A stretch of 63,332 nucleotides of DNA, counting the filler, from Sphacelaria rigidula (lineage: Eukaryota), in the NCBI GenBank assembly GCA_964200075.2. It is 7 parts of 7 records of this genome, joined end to end, with 100 filler letters (N's around TTAATTAATTAA, not from the genome) between each part and the next. Parts side by side here need not be neighbours in the genome. Positions count along the whole stretch, not along the records: positions 9,063 to 18,024 come from CAXNAA020009637.1; positions 18,125 to 27,086 come from CAXNAA020009638.1; 5 more parts are not named here. One strand, given 5' to 3'. The position numbers were made by a program, and so were the translations under genes. Within the stretch, counting starts at the first letter, position 1. Every line of letters starts with the position of its first letter. This document shows positions 10,455-22,278 of this stretch, one piece after another. The notes below the pieces were generated by a model. That model was not told the DNA's origin, ran no database searches, and saw only the letters and a list, made by a program, of their open reading frames with translations.

Positions 10455-12040
10455 GTGTTTGCGTTGTCATTCCATCTATTCTGGACACCAGTCTGCATCT
10501 TTCGGTATATGTGGGCGCATCAGCCGGGTTCACACATAAGGAAGGCTAGCACAGGATTTATTCTTGTCTCTTCCAAGGGTAGGTCGAGTAGAGTATACTC
10601 GATACTCAGTATTCTTTTAGAGTCATACTTTTAGTACTCGAAGTTTGAGTAGAGTATTTGAGGTCGCACTCAACCTACTCAAAAATTCGAGTAGAGTATT
10701 TGAGATCATACTCAGTCTACTCGAAATTTGAGTAGAGTATTGAGGTCATACTCAAGTGATACTCTATACTCACGTGTTACTGAGGGTGCTTACTCAATAT
10801 TTGAGTAGAGTATTTGAGGTCGTACTTGACCTACTCAAAAATTGAGTAGAGTATTGGAGGCCGTACTCAACGTACTCAAACGTCGAGTAGAGTATTTGAG
10901 GCCGTACTCGACCTACTCAAACGTCGAGTGGAGTATTTGAGGCCGTACTCGACCTACTCAAAATCTTAGTAGAGTATCTAAGGCCGGTTCTGATGTACCG
11001 AAAACCTATAACTTCAACGTCTTCCTTCCTCTGGGGACTGTTGCGATTTTCCCCTGTCTTGCACTGTTTCCACCGCTGACTCTCCCATGGAGGCGTCACA
11101 TATGTGGCCAGGTTAGTCGCTCATTTTGATAATACCTACTCGACTACTCGTCTATTCGATTACGCGATGATGATGAGTAGCGCTTTGTACTGAAAGTGGT
11201 ATGGAAGGCGTTGCGACGTATCGATTATGAACTGCCGTGGGTGGGAGCTGGTGAAATCGGGCGCTGGGGCAGGGAGGTTCGTTCACCTGTACGCTTTTTG
11301 ATTTTTTCATGGCCATCACTCGCTTATACTCCTTGTTGGCTGTGATGTAACGCCGCCCATCTAATTGATGGCCATCGTTCGCCCATGCATTCAGCATAGT
11401 CTGTAAAGTGACGTCACGAAGTCGCCGACTGTCAGGGATACTCATCATACCCAAGGGGTACTCTATACTCAAGTATTACCGAGAGTGCTTACTCAATATT
11501 TGAGTAAAGTATTTGAGGCCGTACTCGATCTACTCAAAATTTTAGTGAGTACTTGAGACCATACTCAACCTACTCAAAATTTTAGTGGAGTATTTGAGGC
11601 CGTCCTCGACGTACTCAAAAATTGAGTAGAGTATTCGAGACCACACTCAACCTACTCGAAAATTGAGTAGAGTATTGAGGTCATACTCAAGTGATACTCT
11701 ATACTCAAGTATTACTGAGAGTGCTTACTCAATATTTGAGTAGAGTATTTGATGTCGTACCCGACCTACTCAAAAATTGAGTAGAGTATTGGAGGCCCTA
11801 CTCGACCTACTCAGATTTTGAGTAGGGTATTTGGGGCCATACTCGACCTACTCAAACGTCGAGTAGAGTAAAAACTTGAGTATTTTACTCGAGTACTCAA
11901 AAATACATACTCTACTCGACCTACCCTTGGTCTCTTCTTTTGTTTTTAGTACTTTAACTTCCTTCTGTGGTGCTTGCCTTATATTTAATCGCGAGAGCGG
12001 TTTAAGGGTTCCGTTCCCCCGTCGACCGTGAAGTCGTTGT
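10455..12040 (-). mobile_element. tRNA-derived SINE copy (head missing) interrupted by the hAT-like element
   Basis: 10455-10573 and 11930-12040 align to the SINE at 59724-60087 (CCATCTATTCTGGA...TTTCGGTATAT...CAGCCGG...CCTTCTG.GGTGC.TGCCTT). Confidence 0.75.
10574..11929 (-). mobile_element. Non-autonomous hAT-like DNA transposon with palindromic subterminal tandem arrays
   Basis: 22-bp TIR CAAGGGTAGGTCGAGTAGAGTA; 8-bp TSD GTCTCTTC (10566-10573, 11930-11937). ~39-bp repeats at 10620-10985 and 11455-11900. Internal minus-strand peptide SRRLRDVTLQTMLNAWAN resembles the end of a hAT dimerization domain. Confidence 0.85.
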
Positions 12041-13598
12041 TTTTCGACGTATGCAAATATACATGTATCATTTCACATTTTTGACCACCGTTGCCAAGTT
12101 TCCTCCGGCGGTAAGGCATTTTTTCCACGCTTTATTCTGCAGCGCACTGAGAAGGCTCAGCGGTACATCACCGTTAAGGGTTTGAGCGTCATCTGATGAC
12201 TGTGACGCTTGTTCTGGCCGCCGAAGGTCTCTCAAACTGGCCCTTTTTCGCGGGGTGTTGATCCCGAACCACAAAAGCCTCTCCAAGATGGTGGAAAACT
12301 CGAAACAGGAACCCGAACCACAAAATTTTGTTGAAGATCATGCAAAACTTGAAATATAATTACTTTTGGCGGGGTATTCTTCCCCGTGTTTCTTTTTGTC
12401 GCATTCCCGTTCATTCGGGAGCACGAACACACCGGTTGTGCCGCCAATGTCACGAGAACATGAGAGCAAAGCAGTTAAAAACCGTTGAACATTGCCTTGG
12501 CCTCAGTCAGCAGCGAAGGCAGGACCGTGCAATAGGCCGTTGACGGGTTGATGACGGCACAGCAGCACCTCAGCATAGGAATGTTTTGCTGCAAAAAACA
12601 GTCACCCTGTTAAGAAAAAAAGGCACGGTGATGTGGAAGCCACAACTGTGATGTACGAAGAACATGCCAAGAATGTTCCACGCATTCCAATTTTTCGGGA
12701 AGTGCCTCCCACTGTCATCTCTTCGTGGCACGAGCGCTACTTCGCACTCTGGCACCTCGGATATACCACACATGTCCTACGCCGGCGGTTCCGCCGTTGG
12801 CCTCCGTCCGAATTCCCATATTTCCGAACGATATCCAATGACACATTCGATGTTTTGTAACTCACGATCACCATTGTGCATTGAGATACAACAGTAGCTT
12901 CTCTTAATCGTATACTTTCGACTCACGTCACCCCCAGGAGGCCCGTACCAACCTCCCCACGGGGAACCTTGTATATATATATATATGTATATGATGCCCT
13001 GACTTTGGGCGCACCCATGCTGTTTGTAGGAATGTTATGTGCCATGAAGAAGCTGGAGCGGGGCTTCACCAAGGCTGCTTCCAGTACTAGTGTAAAAACA
13101 TCGCGACATACTTTCTTTCTTTTTTTCGCCGCAAAACCGATCAAGTAAGAGATGAATTCTGTGTGACATGGGAGTACAAGAAAACAAAATTTGCGTCATT
13201 TTTCGTATTTTTCGTATTTAGATGAGAGCCGAAAGGAAGTCCTGCTCGTTTCTCCATGCGGCGCGCACATTTGTTTTTAACGGATGGCATAGTGCACGCA
13301 TCCCCCCGACAAGTAACGCCAAAGGCTGCTCAGCTGCTGATTGCCATCCGGATTGTGCCATTGAGGGGTGTACAATACCTTCTCTGTGAGACAGTCGCAA
13401 CCGTGAAGAACGTTTCTGGTACGGCGCCTTGATACCAATGAACTGTGTACGCGCGTATCGTATTCCTTGCTCTCGAATACCTCGCGGCGTTCGGTGCCAA
13501 CCACTCGAAACAGTCAGCCAACCCACGAAACAACTGATTCACCGTTTCGCTCAATGGGTTGCAAAACGTCCGTGCTCGGTTATTTCATTCCCTTCTAG

Positions 13599-14111
13599 AT
13601 TCTGGACATTTTGGTGAAGGCAGCAAGCGAGCTGGCCGGCTGGTCTCCGCCTCAAAACAGCGGTGATGCTGAGGACAGCGGCGGCAACAGAGCCTTTCCG
13701 TCAGCCCTCATGCGGGAAGCCCGTGGCACGACTCAGGGAAGCGTCAGGCTGGACCGTGACATAAGCACCCCGAAAGTAACGACGACGACGACGACGACGA
13801 CGGCGACACTAGCAAAAACATCCAAGGCGAATAATGCAGCAAGGATACGAAACTCGGAGCTCACCGCTCCTGCAACGTCTGCCGAAGATGGTAATGGCCA
13901 TGCTGCTCACGACGATGCCGAAATAAGGCACCGGGACGGGTCGACTGCGAGAGGTCAGCGGGGACCCGAGAGGACAGCGGAGCAAGTTGCTGCTTCGGGG
14001 TTGCGGCCGTCGCGGACGCGGAGATGGGGATACAGGCGCGGACCGCGGGAGAAGTTGCGCCGAAATCTATTCGGGCGGTTCGCGCCGGTGTTTTTTTATC
14101 CTCTGGCACAG
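13599..14111 (+). CDS. TELO2: TELO2/TEL2 (TTT co-chaperone subunit) homolog, internal exon; upstream exons lie outside this contig
   Basis: Pyrimidine tract + AG at 13597-13598. ILDILVKAASELA...TRRWGYRRG...RNLFGRFAPVFFYPLAQ matches TELO2 C-terminal motifs. Donor CAG|GT, phase 0. Confidence 0.82.
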
Positions 14112-14500
14112 GTACTACTTGACAACTTGCCTGCAACGTGCGTGTAACGTATACACGCATGCATGCATGCATACACACATCTGCGTGCACTGAAATGTTT
14201 CAAATTGGCGAGATAATAATGAAAAATGAACGCCTGACCCATGCAGTGGTACGATTGCCGACATGTCGACATGTGGGATATACGGCTTTGGCCGGTGGTT
14301 GTGGTCGTCATCGTGGCCGTCTCTCTCTCTCCTCCTCTCTTCGAATTGTTCTTGACATGGGAGCTGTAATAGAAAGAACAAAAAAACGGAAAAAAAAAGT
14401 GGTGACCAGCGAGGCTTGTTCTGCTGATTGCTCGCACCGCTCGACGACAGCGAGCACAATATTCCCGCTTCCCCCTTCACCATGACCCACGATCGCGTAG

Positions 14501-14599
14501 GGTCTGATCCAAAGGTTACGAGAAAGTGCGGCGAAACCTCCAGGGGTGGATCAAGACAGCACGGATCTTCATCGTGTCTACGCTTTGCAGGGCGGATAC

Positions 14600-14631
<32 letters not shown>

Positions 14632-14784
14632 ATCAGCACTCCTGAGCGGACGGCTGCTGCACACGTTGACGTGCCTGGTGGAGCTGTGCGGAAACTGTCC
14701 CGCCACCCCGGCTCTGGCCGCTGATCTGCTCGGACTGGCGTGGCTGTTGAGGATTCGCGCGACGGAGAATCGGGAACTCAAACG
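14501..14784 (+). CDS. TELO2: TELO2 homolog, penultimate exon (alternative in-frame acceptor at 14591)
   Basis: [38 protein letters not shown] resembles TELO2 VLGRLAHTL...LLEFVWALR. Phase 0 in, phase 2 out (CG|GT). Confidence 0.8.
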
Positions 14785-14797
14785 GTGTGTGTGTGTG

Positions 14798-14860
<63 letters not shown>

Positions 14861-14903
14861 GCGTGCGTGCGTGCGTGCGTGTGTGCGTGTGTGCGTGTGT
14901 GTG
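14785..14903. repeat. (GT)n/(GCGT)n microsatellite at the start of a TELO2 intron
   Basis: Directly visible dinucleotide run. Confidence 0.95.
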
Positions 14904-16240
14904 GTGTTATTTATATGTGTCTTCCCCACACGTTTTTCATATCGGTGTGTGTGCTCGTTCGTAACACTTGATTATCATCGCTCACTTATCTATTATGTCG
15001 CGCCTCTTCAAGCTGCAGGGTATATACAGTAGCGATACAGGTGTGTGTGGCCTTTCTATCGAATCGCTTCACAATTTTGGGGTTGAGTTGTATATCCAGG
15101 TACGGTGTCATGTTCAGAGTAACCGCGCCCTCCTCAAACGCACTTATGATTCCTTCCATTGTGTGCAAATTGCGCATCCTCCCCTCCCCCCCCTCCCCCC
15201 TCCCTCCGTCACGTGCTTTACGTGTGTGTATACATGTAGAAGGACTCTGTTCCGTAGGTGGAGAACGTCACGTTATTATGTTTACCCCAATCACATACTA
15301 TCATTCCTCCCCCCCCCCCCCCTATTATATTTCCGCATCATTTTCGGACTGAATCCCAAAAATACGGTCCGAGTGACGGGCGGAGCCCACACTGGACGAG
15401 CACGCAGTGCAAAGGGAAGGTGGCGGCCGAATAAATGCCTTCATTTTGGCCGCTCTTTCTATTCTATAGCAAAGGAAAGCAGGGAGAACAAAGGCCGATG
15501 GGTACAAACTTTGGATCTACACTAAGCATGCGTCGAAACTGAACTCGCAGTAGATGATTCCAATGCTCAACATCTTGGCGTTTAGTCAACCAACTCCTTT
15601 TGCAGGCGGCTAGGTCCCGTAGCACTCGCACGTCAGTGCGCTTAACTTGGTGGCTTGACTCCAAATCTCGAACATCAAGTGCTAGTTTCCCGGAGAAAAC
15701 CTACCCAAACCATTTCCACAGCTCTTGTGAGCGCCATCCGGACCCACATATTTTCTCGTGTCACCATACGTGTTGGACCTTGGTATGTGGTTACATCCAT
15801 CCGTATCATCAAATTTCGTCGTGTCGATAAAAATATTAAAGCTGCCCGAGGAAGTGTAAGTGTTGATTCATTTCGCAGCTACGATCTCTCGCGAAATTTT
15901 CCAGGGAGAAAATGTTCTCCCAAGGCTGAAGTCAAATATCCTAAATCACTACTTCCCATCGATCTAACGAGCAACCGGAGAGTTTCTCAAGGTACGATAC
16001 GAGCAGTTAGATGTGAGGTATGTCACGCGCGGCACAGGAGAGGCATTGCATGCACTGTCAGATTGAAAACCCGTCACTTGACTCCATGTCGTGATCGTAC
16101 ACAGGTGTCCGTCAAGCTTGCCGATGTGTGAAGTACTGGCCGAAATAATCGTTCACATAATTTTCGCGTACAAGAAATACTGCAAAAGCCAGGTGTAAAA
16201 CTTCGTGTGATTACACCTCTTTTTATTCTGTGGGTGACAG

Positions 16241-16448
16241 GGCTATTCTCTTAGCTTTGGCTACGGGCATCGAGCACTCGCAAGACGGAGGCGCGTTGGC
16301 CTTGCTGCAGATGGAACCTGGCGCTTTTCTGCGCTGGTTGACGGAGTGTGCCTCGGGAACGGAACAGAGCACTCGGGAGCTCGCCGCGCTCGTGCTGGAA
16401 CACCGTAGCGTTCAAACTCTCTTGTTTCTCGGCAACGGAACATATTGA
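16241..16448 (+). CDS. TELO2: TELO2 homolog, terminal exon
   Basis: Acceptor GACAG|G completes the phase-2 Arg codon. AILLALA...FLRWLTECASGTEQSTRELAALVL...TGA matches the TELO2 end (WL..VAE.DPD..CR.LA). Confidence 0.8.
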
Positions 16449-18136
16449 GAAACATTTGCAGGGCTGATGGTTTCACCCCTGTCGAAGGTCTGTAGCGTTT
16501 ACTCTAACCTGTGGGGGAGAGAAAGAAGGGAGGGTGGGGGAGGGGGGGGGGGGGTACTTGTAAGATGTATGATACCCGTGAAATATATTTCTACAGGTTC
16601 ATTCACTGTTGTACTACAGTAAGCTCCTCTTTGCTGCGCAGGAACGTCACTTGCAGCGTGTCTCTCCGTTACGTATTGTATCGAGTACGGGAGAAGCCTT
16701 GATCTTCTTCGAAGGTGCTTAGACTGTAGGGTATGGCCCGGGGAGAGAGAGGTAGGTGGGGGTACTCGTATATCTATAGGGTCGATCTGTCGCATCTCGA
16801 GCCCGAATGATAATATATGGCCGGACACTAATGTTTGTCGGTAATATGCATCGTTGTTCTGGAAATGGTAAGAGCAAACCCCCCAGCCTGAATTTGTTGC
16901 GGCTTCAGTGTTAATGAACGGGCCGGTATATCAGGAACTGCTTGAAGTATTTGGTTCCAGCGAGTGGTATCTACAATACCAACTTGATCTAAGAACTACT
17001 TGTTCAGATTTACTCGGGCTCTGCTCTTGACCAAAATAATCTTAAGGAGTGGAATACCAAAATAGATTTAGACCACTTGTTATGACACAAAAAGTACCGT
17101 GAAGAACACGCACTTTTTGTTGCTTTTTTCAACGCTTAAAAACGCCGTAGTGACACAGTGTTGCGCTGTTCCTGTTACGGTGAAAAGGCGCCTAAAACGT
17201 CGAGAGTCCCCCTGGTTGGAGGTGTGGAAGGGGTGTTCAGTTATCCGGAATCCCGACCTTAGGGTATCCTAGCCTTTGTCCGCATGAAATCGCGAAACAT
17301 GAACGCGTGCACAATGCTCCATCACTAGTTCATGAAGACGTTGCTGAGCCGTCCGAATGTTCGGTGCCAAAACCTCATGGTGTACCTTGGCGCTGCGCGC
17401 ATTCGCAGTTGTGCACACCCAAGACACGAAGTGTATGTCGCGAAGAGAAAGATGGTTGTACGAGCAGCACATGACCTGCCACCGCACCATTGCTGGACGA
17501 CGACCTTTGAAGTGATGTGGGGTTGCCAGAAACAGCATGCTAATAGGAAAGCACCACAGTGCTGTAATAGCGATGTTACGACCTCGGCATGACGCAATCA
17601 TCTCCATACATGACTCGGCGGCTTCCGCCTTACCGATCTGTCCTTCAAACGAAAGCAGCACCACACAATCCAGCAACAACTTAAGTAACGTGTACTGCGG
17701 AGATGTGTAGATGTTGACCGCGTGAAGTACAGAAATTCCAATTTTCAATTTGGTTATTGTCTCAGGCTATTCCAGATTCGGCTATAGATTTCTGTGACAG
17801 AAAACACTCTCGTTTTTTTCGGAATACTTTTCAAAAAACGAGCAGAACCTTTCAAAGAACAACCAGAACTTTTCGAAAAACTGCTAAAAAACTGCTCAAA
17901 AGATGACCCCATTATCTTGACTATAGGGTGGTACACCCAGCACCAGACAACTCTGCAGTGGTGTATGAACTGCAGAGTACTACACTCAACACCAGACAAC
18001 ACGGCAGTATGCAGTGTTTTTTAGNNNNNNNNNNNNNNNNNNNNNNNNNNNNNNNNNNNNNNNNNNNNTTAATTAATTAANNNNNNNNNNNNNNNNNNNN
18101 NNNNNNNNNNNNNNNNNNNNNNNNTTTCCGGGCGCT

Positions 18137-18916
18137 TTGGCGCACAAAGAGGTGCCTTACGCCTCCGTAGACGCGATGTGGACTGCATTTGTAGATCAAG
18201 AACATAATTTAACGCCTGCCATTCGTGGCACACAGTGTTCTTCTGGGTCTTTGCAGCAGACTTTGCGTGCCACATCCGCGAGTACCTCCGGGTCTCGTGG
18301 ACGCACTCAGACTTTGTCCAGTAATACTTGGACACGCAATTCTGTCGGTGGATCGTTCATGTCTGTTCGTAGCAAAAAAGACCCGTTCCGCGCAAGCTTC
18401 GACGCTTGGCCATATTCGGCAGACACTTTTGATGACGTTTATGTCGTTTCCACAACTGCTTTCATCACAGATGACCCACATTTGTGGACCCCCTTGCTTT
18501 TGCCTTCGGCTCGCAAGGATGCTTTTCGTCGCAATGCTAACACATGCATCAACTGCAATGGTACTGGCCACAGTATGCGTGACTGCCCTGAACCTTGCAT
18601 CAATACTTTTTCGCTCATGAACCCTGAACTTCAGAGCAACGGGCCGGCGTGGTGCCGATGGCAAAAACGCATGCGTGAGTATCGTACACCATCTTGCCAC
18701 CATCGCCAGCCTTACCACAATCATAGCGCCTCTCGCTCAAATCGCGACCGTCGCCACACCACCAACACCATCTCAGGTACTCGCCATAGAGATAGCTCTT
18801 TCCGCCCTTCTCAGTCTTCGCATGGTCATCACCAGCGAACGGGGCCGAGTCACGACAACTCAAACCCCAATGTCAGAAACCCTGGTTCTTTCATGACGGA
18901 TCGCAACGACCCATAA
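18137..18916 (+). CDS. gag: Gypsy-2 gag (partial, CCHC knuckle)
   Basis: CINCNGTGHSMRDC; frame open from the contig edge. Confidence 0.8.
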   Translation: MAHKEVPYASVDAMWTAFVDQEHNLTPAIRGTQCSSGSLQQTLRATSASTSGSRGRTQTLSSNTWTRNSVGGSFMSVRSKKDPFRASFDAWPYSADTFDDVYVVSTTAFITDDPHLWTPLLLPSARKDAFRRNANTCINCNGTGHSMRDCPEPCINTFSLMNPELQSNGPAWCRWQKRMREYRTPSCHHRQPYHNHSASRSNRDRRHTTNTISGTRHRDSSFRPSQSSHGHHQRTGPSHDNSNPNVRNPGSFMTDRNDP

Positions 18917-20889
18917 CACACCGACGACGGCGTGAAGTCTTCGGCGCCGCCGATAGCAGAATCGAAGACTCACTAAACACACATCGCCGCTCGGGTGACA
19001 AAACACTCTCACCCAAACTCTTCGACACTATGTAGGAGATCTAAATGACGGCCGTGCTTCTCGACCCCCGTCTCTATCTTCGCACACACAGCGTAACCGT
19101 TGTGTTGACCCACCACCCAGCTCTATGCTTGGCTCCAGATTTGGTCCTCCGGAACTAAGTATAAATCTGAGGTGTGGGAAAACCAACCGTGGACCCTTGA
19201 GGCACAGGCTTCCCTCAACGGCCGCACGCACCGGTTGTAGCAGACTTCCTTCGACTGGTTCTGGTGTTGATGGCTCGAAACTAACCACTTCAAACCCTTC
19301 GACTCCTACCCGGCCTGATCGCAGTCGTTTTTCGCGCCACTCTTCTGCCGCGAAACTACCCCGACATACAGCGGACAACACTCGTCCCCTTTCACATTTA
19401 GCAGTGCCCTTTGTACCGAGCTTGCCAGCGGACAGTCCACAAGTTTCGGCCAAGCATGCCCCGATGCTGACAACATCACCTCAACTGGACGCAGTTGCAG
19501 TTTCTCAGGAAGTCTTGGAAGTTCCCAGCCATTTGTCACGGCACGAGAGGAAGCCTCGTCGTCATGCCCCCGAGGAAGCGCGCGCATTGACACGCACCCC
19601 TCCCGCCAGCGGAAAATTCTGACCTCATTCTCCCCTAAAAGCGGCGACTTTGAGCTCGATGACATTGCCAAGCATCCCAGAGGAATCCGAATCGGACTTT
19701 TCAAACGGTACCGCATCCTCCACTGACGGCCCCCGTGGCACTTCGCAGCAGTCTATTTTTAATTATGACCCTTGTACTTCCAAGCCAGTCATCTACGAGG
19801 TTGATCAAAATCCTGATTCACGCTGCCCTTCACGATCGGATCAGGCCCCCGCGCTGTTTACCGATACCTTTGAACCCCCCGCGGATCACCCGCCATCCGT
19901 TTTCACGGTCAGTCCAACTAATCCTGACCAATTCATGTTATCTGAACATGGCCCTGACCTCGTCGGTGGTAAAGTGTCCGTTGATCCTGCCACCTTCACT
20001 ACCCGCGTCGCATTACACTGCGGCCCTTACGCCACCACGCGCGCCAAGTGCGTCTCGTTGCTAGACAGCGGGAGTCCACAGACATTCATCAAAGAATCCA
20101 TGTGGAACCACATGAAGCAGACTAGCGCTGCTTCCGATGTTTGCGAAATCACCACCCAACCTCGCGTTTGGGGCGGTTTCGGCGACTCCAAAACACCCTT
20201 GACGACACGAAAATCTGTTCGTCTTAGTGTACAATTTTTCCACAATGACACACGTTCGGCTAGTCTCGCAGTCTGGGCTTACATTGTCCCTGACAGCACC
20301 ATGCATCATGCTCTCCTTCTTGGCAGAGATAGCTACATGCGGTTCGACCAACGTACGTACCGCACCCTCCCACCGTTATCGCCTCAGTCGGCGCCTCGTG
20401 GAGAACTCCGATTAGAACACTTTAGTACCCTCAGTGGTGCCTTAGCCTACAAAAAGAATGAGCAGGCTACCGGAGCGGCTTACCACCTTCGGTACAATGG
20501 CAGTTCTGGTGTCACCCTTTCCGACGAGCCTCAGCTCTTGGATGTTTTGCTTGTTCGCCGCGACGGTATGCCTGCCCTCACCGGCCACTACCTTGCGGAA
20601 TTGCTGCCTAAAGTTGGTGCGCCCGCTGGCACTGAGCATTTTGTCTCGGACGGCGAACAACTCCTGCCTCTCACACGCCATGCTAATTTGGAACCTAGCG
20701 ATGTCTTGGGCATCGCCGCGGCTCCTCTTATGCACATTCCTCTGGATACCTGTGTATCCGACCCTCCGGCGCCTGCTCCCACACCGCCGACTGATGGTTT
20801 TGTTCACTGCGTTGATGAGCCATACTTCGATCTATGCCCCTCACCCCCGACTCGGATCTCTGCGGTGGAATCCGACCGGCTCCCTGCTG

Positions 20890-20941
20890 GTCAAACGACT
20901 AAGGCAAGCAACAAATGAGTACGCCCCCCCCCCCCTCCCCC
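20890..20941 (+). mobile_element. 5'-truncated poly(C)-tailed retroposon inserted in Gypsy-2 pol, TSD CCCTGCTG
   Basis: GTCAAACGACTAAGGCAAGCAACAAATGAGTACG+C-tract; CCCTGCTG at 20882-20889 and 20942-20949. Excision joins ORF 19650 to ORF 20964 in frame. Confidence 0.88.
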
Positions 20942-22022
20942 CCCTGCTGAACCTCCTGTTGAAGTGCTTCAACGCTTATTGGTCGAGTCTCGGGAACATT
21001 TCCTGCAAATGTGGTACCAACCTTCACCTCATTTGCGTGATATCCATTTTGACCTACATGGTCCGGGCTGGGAGCCCGCCGTCATCCACGAGCTACAAGA
21101 TGTTCTCATGGAATACCAGGACAGATTTTCACGATCCAAGACGGATCTCAGGCATTGTAAAACATTGCCATTCGAGATTACCCTGCAACCTGGCGTTTCG
21201 CCAATCTCACCTCGACCATATCGAACGAATCCCCTCCTAACCAAAAAAAGTTAATGCTATTTTGGATGCATACTTAGGAGCTCGTCTGATTTAATACTCG
21301 TCTTCGTCATGGGCCTCACCCCTAGTGGTTGTTCCCCCGAAAAGATGGCAACATACGCATCACCATGAAATACAAACGACTGAATCGCGTCACTGTCGTG
21401 GGAAAACTCCCCATACCTCGCATCGACGAAGTGAACGACTCTCTCGGCGAAGGCAAAATATTCAGCACTTTCGATCTGGCATCTGGATTTTTCCAAAATG
21501 CAATTCATCCCGATACAGTCCCCTTGACAGCGTTCTGTACATCTTCAGGGCTTTATGAATGGCTTCGTATGCCACAAGGCGCTGCCACAGCCCCTGGCTG
21601 CTTTCAACGCCTCATGCAACGCGTTACTGACGGTCTCGATCATGTTATCATGTATCTGGACGATGATATCGCTTTTGATGCCTCCCCCAAGGCGCATGTT
21701 CGCACTCTACGGGAATTCCTCTCCCGCTTGCGTACACACCACTTGAAATGATCTCCATCCGAAGCTCGACTCGGAGCGACTGAATTGGGTTTTTTGGGAC
21801 ACTCTATCTCTGCTGCTGGATTGCACCCAGACACGAACAAAGTCAAGGCTATGACTGATATGCCCATGCCCACCAATATTTTGCAGCTTCGCTCGCTGTT
21901 GGGCGGACTTTCTTAGTATCGCAAATTTTTGCCCAACTTGTCCAAGCGGATCCGGCCCATCACCGATTTATTGAAGAAAAACGTGCCGTTTGTCTTCACT
22001 AAAGAAGTGAAGGCTACCGTCC

Positions 22023-22278
22023 GACTGCTGCCGAAATAGCCCTCCACCCCCGAACCGGCCAAAAAAGTGCACGAAGGCGATGATCATAAATGCCGTTAGA
22101 ACTGATTTGGTGCTACACGACGCGACTCATTTGGGCATTATAGCTGATTTTGGAATGCTACATGCCTCTCGCATAAGCGAAATTGCTGCAAACGAGCCCA
22201 GTAATGGGATCACAGCCGGTTTGTCCGCCGGTCTCCGGTGCACTTTTTGTGTGGGGGGGGGTTATCTCGGCATTAGTC
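22023..22278. mobile_element. MITE inserted in Gypsy-2 pol (GACT...AGTC termini, 4-bp TSD GTCC/ATCC)
   Basis: Imperfect TIR GACTGCTGCCGAAATAGCCC / GGGTTATCTCGGCATTAGTC. Excision restores KATVRELLKTL. Confidence 0.8.

Noticed and set aside
10620-11900. CRISPR-like array of palindromic repeats
   Set aside because: Units are contiguous with no unique spacers, lie inside TIRs with an 8-bp TSD, and no cas genes are present.
14740-15032. VCVC/HTHT-rich ORFs
   Set aside because: Translation of the (GT)n microsatellite.
8555-16448. Functional link between telomeric-repeat MITEs and the nearby TELO2 gene
   Set aside because: They lie on different contigs joined artificially; proximity is coincidental.
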